Origin: an uncultured delta proteobacterium
Lineage (GTDB): Bacteria; Desulfobacterota; Desulfomonilia; Desulfomonilales; Desulfomonilaceae
DNA length: 64,000 bases
NCBI GenBank assembly: GCA_963789265.1
Contig: CAWBKB010000007.1
Span: 224,001 to 288,000, forward strand
Direction: 5' to 3'
Under the pieces are notes generated by a model. It had not been told where the DNA came from. It saw only the letters and a program-made list of their open reading frames with translations, and did not search any database. Position numbers and translations under genes: made by a program. Shown here piece by piece: positions 49,780 to 60,717 of this stretch (within the stretch, counting starts at the first letter, position 1; every line of letters starts with the position of its first letter).

Positions 49780-52700
49780 TTAAACGTCCGAAGTGCTGAC
49801 GAGGGAAGTCCGATACGTCTGTTGACCGTATCGGATCGCGGTCGCACCCAATTGTCTTTGGCCGGCAATGGCGTCTTCGATCACTTCCGTAACGTCCAAT
49901 ACCAGTGCGATGGTACCATCGCCGAGTATAGTAGACCCGGCCATGCCTCTACTTTCACACACATGCTCGGCAAGCGGTTTGATAACCACGTCCTGTTCAC
50001 CCACAAGCTCTTCGACAAGGAACCCAATCGTCTTTAGGCCGGAGTTGGCAAGGACAAGGAATTTCGGATGCTTGGAAGTATCATAGTCTTTTAGGTGGAA
50101 AACTTCGTTCATTCTGAGAACCGGAATTGTCTCGTCTCTGAACTTGATCACCTCGAAACCTTCAATGGTAGATATATCAGTCGGAGCTACTTGAATGATC
50201 TCCCGCACGGAGGTAAGCGGGATGGCAAACGTATGTCTCCCCGTCCTGATCAGCAGGGTCTGTATGATGGCAAGAGTCAGCGGAATCTTTAATGAAATTC
50301 GTGTGCCCTGATTTTCCCACGATTCAATTTCAATGTGCCCGTTGATTTTCTCAACGTCCTTTTTCACCACGTCCATTCCTACGCCGCGACCGGACGTACG
50401 CGTAACTTTCTTGCTCGTGGAAAACCCCGGTAAAAACAAGTAATTGTATATTTCCTGCGGCGGCACATTCTTTGCCTCCTGCGCTTCAAGCAGACGATTT
50501 TCTATCGCCTTCCGTATCACCGCCTCGTGGTTTATTCCCGCCCCGTCATCTTCTACATCGATCACGACCAGGTTTCCCTCAGAGTAGGCATTAAGTCTGA
50601 TTGTTCCTTCCTCAGTCTTGCCCACTCTTTTTCGGTCTTCTCGTTCTTCTATGCCGTGGTCCACCGCATTTCGGATCAAATGAACGAGTGGATTATAAAT
50701 CTGTTCAATCACCCTCTTATCTACCTCTGTATCCCCACCTAGGACCTCCAGGCCCACCGACTTGCCTACTCTACGGGAAAGATCTCTGATAAGACGAGGC
50801 ATCCTGTTGAAAAGCTGGCCGACGGGCAGCATCCGGAGCTTCATGACACCTTCTTGAATGTCGTTTGCCACGCGCCCCAATGACAAGCTGGCTTCCCCCA
50901 CTTTCAGGCTAAGGTCCTTGACCGACTGAATTTCTTTCTTAGTCACCTCTTGAGTTGTCATGAGTGTTCGGTGCAAGTTCTTCAGCTCCAGAGAAAGTTG
51001 TTCGACGTACGAGCGATTGACGACCAATTCTCCGACCTGGTTCAGAAGGACGTCCACCTTGGTCGAATCTACGCGCATGGTCCGGACCATACCGCTTTCC
51101 CTGGCGTCCCTCGCCGTGGCGATTTCTTGGAAAAGCTTGGTCTCATGGCTGCGAGTAATTTCGGACGTAGTGGTCTCTTCCTCAACGGACGGAGTTACCC
51201 CGCCAGCAGGAGCCGGCATTGACGGAGAGGGTGTCATCGCTCTCAATATCTCTTCCGTGGTAGCCTCTTGCCCAATACCACCAGGCTCAACAGCCGTGGT
51301 TTCCCGGGTAACGTGTTCCGCGGTTGCTACGCCCATTTTGTCGGTATGCAGAGGAACGTCTGTGAACCCTCGATCCGCACGGCTTGTGCCGGGAAATCCT
51401 TCAACCGAGGCTGCGTAAGACTCCGGCCGGTCAACTTGCCGACGAAGAGGTTGCGCGACCTCGACCGGCGCAGCACCGTTGAATCCGGTTACGGCATTGG
51501 CATTCAGAGCAGCTTCCAAACCGTTCAGAAAGTGCTCAAACTTCACCATGCTCTCTTCCATGAAAGCCAAATTCCCGGTGGAGAGCGAGTCCATTCTGTC
51601 TGCGCACCAGAGCACTTTTTCGTGCCATTCGTCCAGGAAGGCTGCGAGATTCTGATAATCCATGTAGCTCGACGATGAGCGGATAGATTTGATCAAGTCT
51701 GCACAGGCCTCCATCTCGCCGCGGTCCGCGGTCCCCTGCTTAATCTTATCGCCCAGCCGACGAAGCTTGTCGGTAATCTCCCAGGCGTAGGAGAGGAAGA
51801 TTTCTATTATTTCACGATCGGTGCCTTCCCCCACAGTGTCCAGTTCCTCAAGCAAGTCCGATGCAATCGAAGACTGCGAGGGACTGGAACCGGACGCGTA
51901 GGGTTCGGTCAATATCTTCCCGTCGCCGAAAATTCCTTCAAATTCGCGAAGAAGCTCATCATCGACGTCCGCCAGCATGGACTTCTCGCCCTGTTTGCGG
52001 GAACGCGATGGCGGCTTGGGAGGTGCAGAGGCTTCACCTACAATCTTTAGAATGAACTCAGCAGTAGAAGGAGTTACAGCGGGGATGCTCGTCAGTGTAT
52101 GCAAATCGGCACTTGCCAACTGCTCCATTGAAGAGAAGCCGGCCTCTTCGAGGGCAGCTATTACGGGGGCCTCCAGGCCCGGAATGTCCTCGAGGGCTTG
52201 GCGAAAAGCAGAAGGTTCCAGTGAGGCTTGGGAAGACGACTCAATTGCGGGAATCTCCGCCAGGGCATGCGATGCTTCCTGTTCCAAGGGGAAAAGCTCT
52301 TCAGGATACCACGGCCGCAGTTCGTGTAGAAAAGCTCGCAGATCTTCGATCTCTTCGGGCGAAAGACGCTCCTGGTCCTCAGGTATAGCCGAAAGACGGG
52401 CTTCCATGGATCGGATAATGCCTGCGGCTTCGGGAAAATCCATGGCACTCATGCTTTCAGTCAAATGTCTCAGCGTGTCAAGTATGGATACCATTACCTC
52501 TGAAGGTTGCAAACCGTCCTCGAGATCGTCTAAGTAAAGCGAAACATTGAGAATATGAGGAATCGTCTCTTCCAGTGACCCTCCCGAATCCGACCTCGGC
52601 GCAACGACGGACTCGAATTGCTCCCCTGATTCTCCCGCTGATTCTTCCGCTGTGATTACCTCTGGTTCCCTGTCGTGCTCCGTGAAGACCGTATCTTCCG

Positions 52701-53397
52701 TAGAAGTGGAGGCATCTTCGATAGCCAAAGCCGAAATGTCCTTGTCAACTGCCGTTTGTTCCGTTTCTTCCGATCCCAGGTCGCCCAATACAGATTGGGT
52801 ATGTTCATAGAGACTTTCATCCTCGCTTTTTACTTCACCGGCGTAGGAAGAAGTTTCCTGTTCGACAGCATTCGGCGCCTCGGCCATCTCTGCCGACGCA
52901 ACGCCGATGCCCAGTTCAAGATTAGCCTCCTCTTGGGGCTCAGTTTCCGACACTTGGGCGTGCTCCTCGATCAAAGCTTGGTCGGCGAGGCGCGAAACCT
53001 CAGAGGAAGTGTTCGGTGATGCCCCCAAGAATCCGTCCAGTTCCTCCATTATGCCCGAGATAGGCGTCTTCTCCTCGTGGACCTCCGCCACTTCCATAAT
53101 TAGAGTCGAGATCAGATCCTTTGCTCGAAACAGGAAGTCTATGATTTGAGCGTCCAATCTGATGGCCCCTTCGCGAAGACGATCCAGAAGGTTCTCGACA
53201 CCGTGCGTGAGGGTGCTTGAACGTTCAAGCCCTATATATTCGGCTGAGCCCTTTATGCAGTGAACTGCTCGGAAAATGTTGTTCAGCAAGTCGGGGCTCT
53301 CACCTTCCTTTTCCACCCGCATCAGGCTGTTGTCCATCTCTTCCAAGAGTTCACGAGCTTCGCTGCTGTAGTCTTGAAGAATTTCGGTGTCAATCAT
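49780..53397 (-). CDS. cheA: Chemotaxis histidine kinase CheA with extra HhH and pseudo-Hpt domains
   Basis: IFRAVHCIKG, RVD..KVD.L.N.VGELV, HLIRNAVDHGIE, DDGAG, F.PGFST, SGRGVGMDVV, C-terminal CheW domain. Confidence 0.96.
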   Translation of the reverse strand: MIDTEILQDYSSEARELLEEMDNSLMRVEKEGESPDLLNNIFRAVHCIKGSAEYIGLERSSTLTHGVENLLDRLREGAIRLDAQIIDFLFRAKDLISTLIMEVAEVHEEKTPISGIMEELDGFLGASPNTSSEVSRLADQALIEEHAQVSETEPQEEANLELGIGVASAEMAEAPNAVEQETSSYAGEVKSEDESLYEHTQSVLGDLGSEETEQTAVDKDISALAIEDASTSTEDTVFTEHDREPEVITAEESAGESGEQFESVVAPRSDSGGSLEETIPHILNVSLYLDDLEDGLQPSEVMVSILDTLRHLTESMSAMDFPEAAGIIRSMEARLSAIPEDQERLSPEEIEDLRAFLHELRPWYPEELFPLEQEASHALAEIPAIESSSQASLEPSAFRQALEDIPGLEAPVIAALEEAGFSSMEQLASADLHTLTSIPAVTPSTAEFILKIVGEASAPPKPPSRSRKQGEKSMLADVDDELLREFEGIFGDGKILTEPYASGSSPSQSSIASDLLEELDTVGEGTDREIIEIFLSYAWEITDKLRRLGDKIKQGTADRGEMEACADLIKSIRSSSSYMDYQNLAAFLDEWHEKVLWCADRMDSLSTGNLAFMEESMVKFEHFLNGLEAALNANAVTGFNGAAPVEVAQPLRRQVDRPESYAASVEGFPGTSRADRGFTDVPLHTDKMGVATAEHVTRETTAVEPGGIGQEATTEEILRAMTPSPSMPAPAGGVTPSVEEETTTSEITRSHETKLFQEIATARDARESGMVRTMRVDSTKVDVLLNQVGELVVNRSYVEQLSLELKNLHRTLMTTQEVTKKEIQSVKDLSLKVGEASLSLGRVANDIQEGVMKLRMLPVGQLFNRMPRLIRDLSRRVGKSVGLEVLGGDTEVDKRVIEQIYNPLVHLIRNAVDHGIEEREDRKRVGKTEEGTIRLNAYSEGNLVVIDVEDDGAGINHEAVIRKAIENRLLEAQEAKNVPPQEIYNYLFLPGFSTSKKVTRTSGRGVGMDVVKKDVEKINGHIEIESWENQGTRISLKIPLTLAIIQTLLIRTGRHTFAIPLTSVREIIQVAPTDISTIEGFEVIKFRDETIPVLRMNEVFHLKDYDTSKHPKFLVLANSGLKTIGFLVEELVGEQDVVIKPLAEHVCESRGMAGSTILGDGTIALVLDVTEVIEDAIAGQRQLGATAIRYGQQTYRTSLVSTSDV

Positions 53398-53484
53398 CTT
53401 CTTTCCTCTCGGTCGGCCGCGGCTCACAAAATGCGACCGCAATGCGCTGTTCCGGGTCCGGATGAAAGACCGGCCCGGGGCCGC

Positions 53485-54219
53485 CTATCTTTTACGACTG
53501 TGTTCCCTCGGGGTGGGAACGACTTTGCGGCCATCGAAGCGGGTCTGATAGAACTCGAATTCCTTCACTATGGAACCGAGCATCTCCAGATCTCTCTTGA
53601 TAACCTCAACATGTTCCCGCAGTTCCTTTGCGCCCGTCCAGTTGTCGCCCGGCTCGAGCGCCTTTTCAATCCTTTCGACTGCGTACGAGGACTTACCCAC
53701 TGCGGTTCCCGTCAACAAGAGGACTTCCTGGTAGTTTGCCGACAAATCATTAATGACGTCAGCTAGTTGACCGACCTCGCCATGGTCGGTTGACTGGATA
53801 ATGATGCTAAGATTCCCGTTTGAAAGTTCTTTCGTAGCCCTGGTCAACCTGTTGATTGGTCGCAGTATCTTTTGCACGTAAAGATAAATCATGGACCCGA
53901 AGCAAACGATCATAATGCCCAGAAGCAGGGACATCCGACTCCTGAACGACGAAAGTAGATCGGCCCGGGGCAGCGCAGTAAGTTGCGGTCCAGCCGCGGC
54001 ATTGCTCTGCTGAACGTTTCGGACCGCTGTGATTTCATTGCCGACGTCGAGCACGAACTTCATCTGCATGACCACCGCGACCGAGGCCAATAAGCAGAAG
54101 ATCAGTAAAACCTTGTGCCGAGCCAACGCGCTTAGCGAAGTCGAAAGCGGCTTCCCATGCGAAGGGGAAGGATCGCGCCGGCTGGGAAACGGTTGGTCTC
54201 CGAAGGGTGTAGAGGCCAT
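53485..54219 (-). CDS. Short two-TM HAMP protein (truncated MCP-like)
   Basis: Two TMs, PI.RL......GNL....EVGQLA..IN HAMP, and a short helical tail without the MCP signalling hairpin. Confidence 0.7.
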   Translation of the reverse strand: MASTPFGDQPFPSRRDPSPSHGKPLSTSLSALARHKVLLIFCLLASVAVVMQMKFVLDVGNEITAVRNVQQSNAAAGPQLTALPRADLLSSFRSRMSLLLGIMIVCFGSMIYLYVQKILRPINRLTRATKELSNGNLSIIIQSTDHGEVGQLADVINDLSANYQEVLLLTGTAVGKSSYAVERIEKALEPGDNWTGAKELREHVEVIKRDLEMLGSIVKEFEFYQTRFDGRKVVPTPREHSRKR

Positions 54220-54224
54220 AGCTC

Positions 54225-54590
54225 TTATTGCTTGAACTCCATTTCTTGGATCGCTCGCGCTATCGAGAAGTGGTCGGTCTTATTTATGAATCCTTTTGCC
54301 CCTAATTTTTCAGCTTCAGCTTTGTATTTCTCATCGTTGAGAATCGTAAGAAACAGGATCTTGGCGTCCGGGTAATCGTGGAGAATTTCCTTGGCCGCGG
54401 TGATCCCGTCCTTGTCCCTCATCGTGATGTCCATGGTCACCAAATCAGGCCTGAGAGTCCTGTATAGCTCAATAGCCTCATTGCCGCCTTTTGCTTCGCC
54501 GACGACGGAATGGCCCTGAGCCTTCAGCTCTTCAACAATCCGTTTACGCATAAAGCCCGAGTCATCAACCACAAGGACCCGCATGCCCAT
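54225..54590 (-). CDS. cheY: CheY-like response regulator
   Basis: VVDDSGFMR, PDLVTMDITM...DG, GAKGFI.K. Confidence 0.88.
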   Translation of the reverse strand: MGMRVLVVDDSGFMRKRIVEELKAQGHSVVGEAKGGNEAIELYRTLRPDLVTMDITMRDKDGITAAKEILHDYPDAKILFLTILNDEKYKAEAEKLGAKGFINKTDHFSIARAIQEMEFKQ

Positions 54591-54675
54591 CACACACCTC
54601 GCAACACCCACTTCACTCAACTTCCGTCATAGTGCCATGTTTTGGGAACTGCGCCTGAACAACCTGTATCAAGAT

Positions 54676-54768
54676 CACCCTCCACTAGCCCCCTCCGTCG
54701 AGGGAGGGGAAATGAATTTACCCTCTTCCCGCGTCCCGCGGGACGGGGGAGAGGGAACGGTCAGGGGG
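54676..54768. repeat. CCCTC/GAGGG REP-like palindrome cluster
   Basis: ccctccgtcgaggg, tcccgcggga and cctcttccc..gggagaggg. Confidence 0.45.
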
Positions 54769-54824
54769 AACTTCGCGGCAATTCCAACGCGTCCTTCTGT
54801 CCCCGCAGATTGATCCGGTACCGA

Positions 54825-57239
54825 CTAGATCTCCCGCGTGATTCTGAATTGTTCAACCATCTCACTGAGTTCCTCGGCAACTTTCGCAAGTTCTACCGTG
54901 GTTTCCGAAGCCGAAGCCGCGCCTCTTGCGTTTGCGGTCGCAACGTCGGACATTTCAGCCATGATTTGTCGAAGGACAGCAGCCCTCTCTGTCTGAAGGC
55001 CCGTGAGCTTGGTGATGTTGTCTGCACGTGCCGTAACACCGGTCATTTCCTGCGCGACCGCATTGGAGGTATCCACCTCGGTTCCGGCCTTCTCCAGAAT
55101 GTTCCGGCTGAGAGCTCGAATCTCTGCCATAACGCTCGCAGCCAATTCTCGGCGCTTGGCCTGCTCATCCGTAAGGCCGAGAATGTCCTGGGCCAAGATA
55201 GTCAGTCGTCCCATAGCTTTCTGGACATTGGTCGCGTCGTCGGTCTGCTGCACAGCTCCTTGAGAAATACCGCCGATGAGAGAGTTGGTTCTTGCAACGG
55301 CTTCCTGGATCTGCGTTAGAGCTTCACGGCTGGTGGACGACAAACGCTCTCCTTCTTCGACTCTTTTGTTACTTTCTTTAATGAGGTCCGCAATTTCATT
55401 GGTAGATTCTGCGGTTCTCTCTGCCAGTTTCCGGACTTCGTCGGCAACAACTGCAAAGCCTTTACCGTGTTCGCCGGCTCGGGCCGCTTCAATGGCGGCA
55501 TTAAGCGCCAGGAGGTTGGTCTGCTCTGCGATGGACTGAATAACGACCATGATGTCGTTAATCTGCTCGGAGCTGTCTGCAATTCCTCGCATACCTTGCA
55601 CCACCTTTTCCACGGCGAGACCACCTTCACGGGCATATCGGTCGGCCGATTCCGATTGGCGTGCAGCTTCGGCAGCGCTTTGGGCCACTTCCTCAATCGT
55701 CTTTGCCATACGGTTGACCGCGTCGGCGGTTTGTTGGGCCGCTGAGAACTGATCGCCGGCCTTTCCGGCGACTTCTCGCGCGGTGGCGCCCATCGCCTCT
55801 ACGATGTTCTCACCTTCTCGTGATTGCTGGTCCTGGTCCCCGGCGCTCTGGGCAACTCCTTCGATTTCAGACGTCATGGCCTGAAGAGCCTGGGAAGTCG
55901 CGGTTGCAGTATTGAGGGTGTCCTGAGCGTTACCCGAAACTTCCAGAGCGGTTTCACCCATGGCTGCCACCCGATCCAGCACGTTACGGGCACGCTCGGC
56001 TTGGGCCGTAGCATTCACCACGATATTCTGAGCGGCGTCGGTCACGACAGTTGAAGCCTGGCGAACTCTGCCGACACCTTCCAGGACCGATGAAAACGCT
56101 CCCTGGAGACGTTCGAGAAGGGTATTGAACGTTGCCGAGGCTGTCCCGATTTCATCCGTTGTCGTAACCGGCGATCGTAGTGTGAGGTCGAGATTCTCAC
56201 CTACCTGCCCCATGACCTGGGCCATGCGCGCAACAGGCCGAGAAATAGTTCCCGCGACCAGAATGGCTAAAATGATGACGACTATGAGAACCGCAAGGCC
56301 CATGTATGTGTTGTTCAAAATAATGGTCCACAGGTAACCCAAAATTTCCTGCCTATCGACTCGCACGCCGATTACCCATCCCAATCCGGGAAAGTGTTCG
56401 AAACCCTTGGTATAGACCATACCGGCTAAAGTGTACGCAGTTCTACCGGCCTTATCCGGGGGCGAATAGTAGCCGATACTGGTTTCTCTCTTCTTGATAG
56501 CCTCGGCCAGCGCGGGCAGATTGACTTTCGGACTGCTCACTGTGCTCAGGTAGAGATCTCTTCGTGGGTGCAAGATCGTCCGCATATTGCGGTCCAACCC
56601 CCAGACTACACCACTCTTGTACCCGGTAATTCCTTTCATCATGGCCTCGACCGGCGCCCATTTGAGATATGCCAGAACGGCTCCCTGAACATTTTCCCCC
56701 ACCTTCACGGGCGCTGCGATGCCTACGGTATAGCCGTCGGAAGCAGGGTCGAGCTGTTTCACAAGGGCCAATTGTTGGAAATCAACGATTTTGAGCTTTC
56801 CTTTCTTAGCCCCTATGAAGCCTTCGTTCTTTGAGAAGTCGATCCCCACCAGAGCGGGCGCGCTCGATGCAATGCAGTTCCCTTTGGAGTCAAGCAGGAA
56901 AATGCATTCGTACGATCCGTACCGTTGGACCGTCTCTCGCAGCATCTGCGATGCGTCCTCACGGACCTCGGCCACGTCGATGGCTTCTTTGATCGACCGC
57001 AGGTCAGCCCAAACCACGACGTCATTGACTCGGTCGTTCATCCAGATGTTAAGAGATTGAGCCGCAGACCCGGCAATCGTTTTTAGCTGGCTGTACGCCG
57101 AATTCTGCGCTTCACGGGTGATGGTCCATATACCGATCGCCGCCGAGGCGACCATTGGGATGATAGTTATCAAGAGGAACCAGAACAGAAGCTTGGTCCT
57201 AATACTTCTGCCCAGACGTATTTTACTGAAGATTCTCAT
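54825..57239 (-). CDS. Methyl-accepting chemotaxis protein (dCache-HAMP-MA)
   Basis: [38 protein letters not shown]; two TMs; AGGAGG RBS. Confidence 0.96.
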   Translation of the reverse strand: MRIFSKIRLGRSIRTKLLFWFLLITIIPMVASAAIGIWTITREAQNSAYSQLKTIAGSAAQSLNIWMNDRVNDVVVWADLRSIKEAIDVAEVREDASQMLRETVQRYGSYECIFLLDSKGNCIASSAPALVGIDFSKNEGFIGAKKGKLKIVDFQQLALVKQLDPASDGYTVGIAAPVKVGENVQGAVLAYLKWAPVEAMMKGITGYKSGVVWGLDRNMRTILHPRRDLYLSTVSSPKVNLPALAEAIKKRETSIGYYSPPDKAGRTAYTLAGMVYTKGFEHFPGLGWVIGVRVDRQEILGYLWTIILNNTYMGLAVLIVVIILAILVAGTISRPVARMAQVMGQVGENLDLTLRSPVTTTDEIGTASATFNTLLERLQGAFSSVLEGVGRVRQASTVVTDAAQNIVVNATAQAERARNVLDRVAAMGETALEVSGNAQDTLNTATATSQALQAMTSEIEGVAQSAGDQDQQSREGENIVEAMGATAREVAGKAGDQFSAAQQTADAVNRMAKTIEEVAQSAAEAARQSESADRYAREGGLAVEKVVQGMRGIADSSEQINDIMVVIQSIAEQTNLLALNAAIEAARAGEHGKGFAVVADEVRKLAERTAESTNEIADLIKESNKRVEEGERLSSTSREALTQIQEAVARTNSLIGGISQGAVQQTDDATNVQKAMGRLTILAQDILGLTDEQAKRRELAASVMAEIRALSRNILEKAGTEVDTSNAVAQEMTGVTARADNITKLTGLQTERAAVLRQIMAEMSDVATANARGAASASETTVELAKVAEELSEMVEQFRITREI

Positions 57240-57323
57240 GGCCCTTCCTCCTGGGATTATTGCCGTCAAAAACGTTTGAAACTTTTATTCTCGCCCGCCA
57301 CGATTCCCGCATCGGCTGCGGGG

Positions 57324-57860
57324 CTATGCTTCCGCCGCCGCTGGAATCATTCTGGCCACAGTGTCCAGAGCGGTCTTTTCCTCTATTGAAAGAATCCTCT
57401 TGAAATCCAGGACAATGAGGATGCCCTCATCGAGATGGACCACTCCGCTGATGTACGCGCTCTGCACCCCGGCGACAATAATATCCGGAGGCGGTGAGAT
57501 CCTGGAGGCTGGAACAGTTATAACCTTCGCCACAGAATCCACAATGAAGCCGGTCACATTGCCTTCTATCTCTACCACCAAAATTCGGGTTCCGGCTTTT
57601 GCTCCGTCAGGTCGAGGCTGGCTCCGTAGCCGAAGCCTCTTTCTAAGGTCCAGGACCGGGATTATGTTCCCTCGAAGATTGATGACGCCCTCCACAAAAT
57701 CCGGCGTGTTCGGGATTTCGGTAATGTTGGACATCATGATGATTTCCTGAACGACAAGGATTTGCACGCCAAATCTCTCCGGCCCGATGGTGAAGCTGAT
57801 CATCTGAACCGATTCTTCTACCTCCGGGATCCTCTTTCTCGCTTGTTCTCTGCCATTCAT
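57324..57860 (-). CDS. cheW: Chemotaxis coupling protein CheW
   Basis: VQEII, IP.TPDFVEGVINLRG.IIPVLDLRKR, GFIVDSV. Confidence 0.96.
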   Translation of the reverse strand: MNGREQARKRIPEVEESVQMISFTIGPERFGVQILVVQEIIMMSNITEIPNTPDFVEGVINLRGNIIPVLDLRKRLRLRSQPRPDGAKAGTRILVVEIEGNVTGFIVDSVAKVITVPASRISPPPDIIVAGVQSAYISGVVHLDEGILIVLDFKRILSIEEKTALDTVARMIPAAAEA

Positions 57861-57904
57861 AATGATGTCTCCTGTCCAGGCGTCGCGTGCATATCTAACA
57901 CAGC

Positions 57905-59866
57905 CTACTTGATTAACTTTTGAAGCCTTTCCACCAAGCCGTCAGCCGAGGACTTGTGGTCTACGATACCTTCCAGCAGGGCCGCTTCAGCCATCCTGGG
58001 ATCCACACTCGAAACCGGATCTTGAACCATTGTCGTTCCGCTAGCTTGTTTCACAGCTCTCAAACCCGCCATGCCCCGATACGGCCCGCCGGATAGAAGC
58101 ACCGCGAGGAGATTCTCGCCCATGATCCTCGACGCTGAGATGAGGAAATGGTCCAGCGCATCCGCCGCGGGGGAATCCGAAGGAATTGTTAGCACGGGTC
58201 TGCCGGATACATCGGTCAACTCCAGTGGAACAGTAGCCGGATGAATGTAACAGATTCCGTCAACCAGGGGCGCGCCGGATTCGACAGACTTCACCTCAAG
58301 TTTGCTCCGTCTCGCGAGATAATCGACAAAAGCGCCAATGGCCTCCTGTTGCATGTCGTGAATGACGACAATAGCTGTCGGCAACTCGTTCGAAAGAAAC
58401 GGGACGATCCGGATCAGGTCCGTGCAACCGCCGGTGGATGAGCCGAATACCGAGAGAAACTTGCTGGGAGCGGATTTGTCAAGCGATCCCTGGGGTGCAT
58501 TGACGGGGGAAGGTATCTTTATCCGCCGAATTCGATTGAATTTGATGCCACAAGCTTCCTTGACACGCGTGACCAGATCCTCCACCCGACCATCAACGCG
58601 CCAGTTGTTCTGAGGTTTCCGGAGAAAGTCCACCCCGCCAAGGCATAAGAGATCAAATGGGTTTGCTCCGACCCCGCCGACAAATCCACTGAAAATTACA
58701 ACAGGACAGGGGCTTCTGATCATTATATGCATAAGAGTGGTGCTGCCCTTCATCACGGGCATGTCCCAGTCCAGAAGGATAAGGTCGGGCTTTAGCTCGT
58801 CGATTTTTTCCAATGCCTCTTGGCCGTTGGTAGCGTACCCAGCGACCGACAGACCGGGATCCGATTGAAGCACTTCCTGAACGATCTTTCGTATAAAACG
58901 GGAGTCATCAACGATCATTATTCTCTTGGCAGATTCCGCTTGACTAGGGATCCGAGGACCTTGGGCAGACACCACATTCAGGGCCTTGCCGTTTCCAGGC
59001 CGCTTAAGTTTGGCGGCTTCGCCCACCGGCTGGGGAACAGGTTCCAATGCATGGCGAATCTCGTCACGCTGCCGTATCCCCTCCATCAACAGACTCTGCC
59101 AATCCATAAACACGGTCTGCTCGGGTACACCAAACACAACTTGCGAGAGAAATTCACCGGACTCCCATCCCAGGATCTCGTAAAATGCTTCAACCCCGGT
59201 AATCATACCGCATTGCGCGTGGACGATTCCTCCGTCATGAACATAAATAGAGCCCCGATTTCCATCGCTGAATATCCTAAGTAGAGTGCTGTCTTTCCGA
59301 TAGCAGAACATCTGAATCACATCTTCCAGTCTAATTCCCACCACGCGGCCCTTGAACCCTTGTTCAGGCCGAAGCATATTGAAAAGCAATTCTGCCATCT
59401 TTTCGAAAGTGAAGGGCTTGCTTACGAAATTAGCGCAGCCCATAGCAAGCGCTGTGAGTTCGTCACCTGCCAACTCTTCTCCGGCCACCAGCACCACGTG
59501 AACGGGCAGTTCTATGCGGCGGGTCTCACGTAGTAATTCCAAGCCATCAAGCTTTCCGGGACGGTGATGATCCAAGACCACCAGGTCGACAGGCTCGCGG
59601 CGCAGCATATCAATAGCTGCGGAAACGGAACTTGCGGACAAAACAGCGTATCGGGGCCCCAACTCCGTAAAATGGGCTTCGATAAATCTATGGAGGACCT
59701 CTTTATCTTCCACGACAAGGATCCTACTTTCCGACAACGGCGGCTCCTTTAGACCTTTGTTCCCATTACGACGCAAAACCGCGTGGTTTTGGATGGTCGT
59801 TTCACTTGGTGGCGGACCGGTCGCCAGGGGGTTTGATTCGACTGCCATATTCGATCCGAAGATCAT
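57905..59866 (-). CDS. REC-DUF4388-REC-CheB fusion protein
   Basis: LEDVIQM.C...T.L......G.IY...G.IVHA......G.EAFYEIL.W..G.F lies between two receivers; CheB-like C-terminus has GSSTGG and QDP.S...MA.AA. Confidence 0.85.
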   Translation of the reverse strand: MIFGSNMAVESNPLATGPPPSETTIQNHAVLRRNGNKGLKEPPLSESRILVVEDKEVLHRFIEAHFTELGPRYAVLSASSVSAAIDMLRREPVDLVVLDHHRPGKLDGLELLRETRRIELPVHVVLVAGEELAGDELTALAMGCANFVSKPFTFEKMAELLFNMLRPEQGFKGRVVGIRLEDVIQMFCYRKDSTLLRIFSDGNRGSIYVHDGGIVHAQCGMITGVEAFYEILGWESGEFLSQVVFGVPEQTVFMDWQSLLMEGIRQRDEIRHALEPVPQPVGEAAKLKRPGNGKALNVVSAQGPRIPSQAESAKRIMIVDDSRFIRKIVQEVLQSDPGLSVAGYATNGQEALEKIDELKPDLILLDWDMPVMKGSTTLMHIMIRSPCPVVIFSGFVGGVGANPFDLLCLGGVDFLRKPQNNWRVDGRVEDLVTRVKEACGIKFNRIRRIKIPSPVNAPQGSLDKSAPSKFLSVFGSSTGGCTDLIRIVPFLSNELPTAIVVIHDMQQEAIGAFVDYLARRSKLEVKSVESGAPLVDGICYIHPATVPLELTDVSGRPVLTIPSDSPAADALDHFLISASRIMGENLLAVLLSGGPYRGMAGLRAVKQASGTTMVQDPVSSVDPRMAEAALLEGIVDHKSSADGLVERLQKLIK

Positions 59867-59888
59867 GTTTACCCGGCTAACCAGTGAG

Positions 59889-60215
59889 CTAGGTTCGGCC
59901 TTTCATCAGGTCGAGAAAGACGCTCGTGGATATTCGAACGTTCTTTTCAGGCGGATCAGGTTCGTTAACATCACTGTGGGAGGCATTCTTCCACGAGAGG
60001 ATCTCAAAGAAGGCTTCATCGCCCTGGCGATCGTCTGTCTCAACGCGATAAATTTCTCCCCCCTTGATGAACATGAATCCATGCAGGCGGCCCTTTTTCA
60101 CGTCGATTTTCCTGGACTCTCCGCTGGAAACTATCAACCTGACGGTTGTAAAGAGGTCGTATCCGGAAAAGTCTATCACCTCCGCAAGATCCTCGGGGTG
60201 TTTGCTCTCTGACAC
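59889..60215 (-). CDS. Stand-alone DUF4388 (PATAN-like) protein
   Basis: G.MFIKGGEIY.......GDEAFFEILSW...; GAGG upstream of the GTG start. Confidence 0.75.
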   Translation of the reverse strand: MSESKHPEDLAEVIDFSGYDLFTTVRLIVSSGESRKIDVKKGRLHGFMFIKGGEIYRVETDDRQGDEAFFEILSWKNASHSDVNEPDPPEKNVRISTSVFLDLMKGRT

Positions 60216-60717
60216 GTCCTCTGAGTTGGCATTGAAGCGATAAGTATCCGTGACGTCTCCTCGCCGCAGTTTACGCCCTTTTCAGAAACCTTGCCCCTGC
60301 GCAGGCGGCCTCGAGAGGCGAATCTCCTCGATACAGCTAGCCCTTTGCGGTCAAATAAACCGCTGCACCGACAGCGATTTCAGCGCCGACGCACTAAGGG
60401 CAAATCAGTTCTGGTCTCGGTTAAGGAATCTGTTCTTTCGCATTTGACTATATCACACGCAACTCCGCGTAATCAAGAACAATTGACTTGGGTCGATAAC
60501 CATTCGGTTAAGTGGAGAGAAACAGATTCACCCCTCACCGGCATTGCCGCGGCTTGCATGCACGCAGTGACGGATCACCGCGAGGAATATATGACCTCAG
60601 GGCAGGTAGAGATTAATTTTGGCAATCACGGTAGCCCATCGGAAATGTTAAAAACTTTGGGCAATATCCATCACGCTTCTTTTCAGGATGGTGAAGGATT
60701 AACATGGGAGTGAATCG

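Noticed and set aside
60240..60700. c-di-GMP riboswitch upstream of the chemosensory operon
   Set aside because: Isolated GCAAA-like words are present, but the GEMM stem architecture could not be built; cmscan would settle it.
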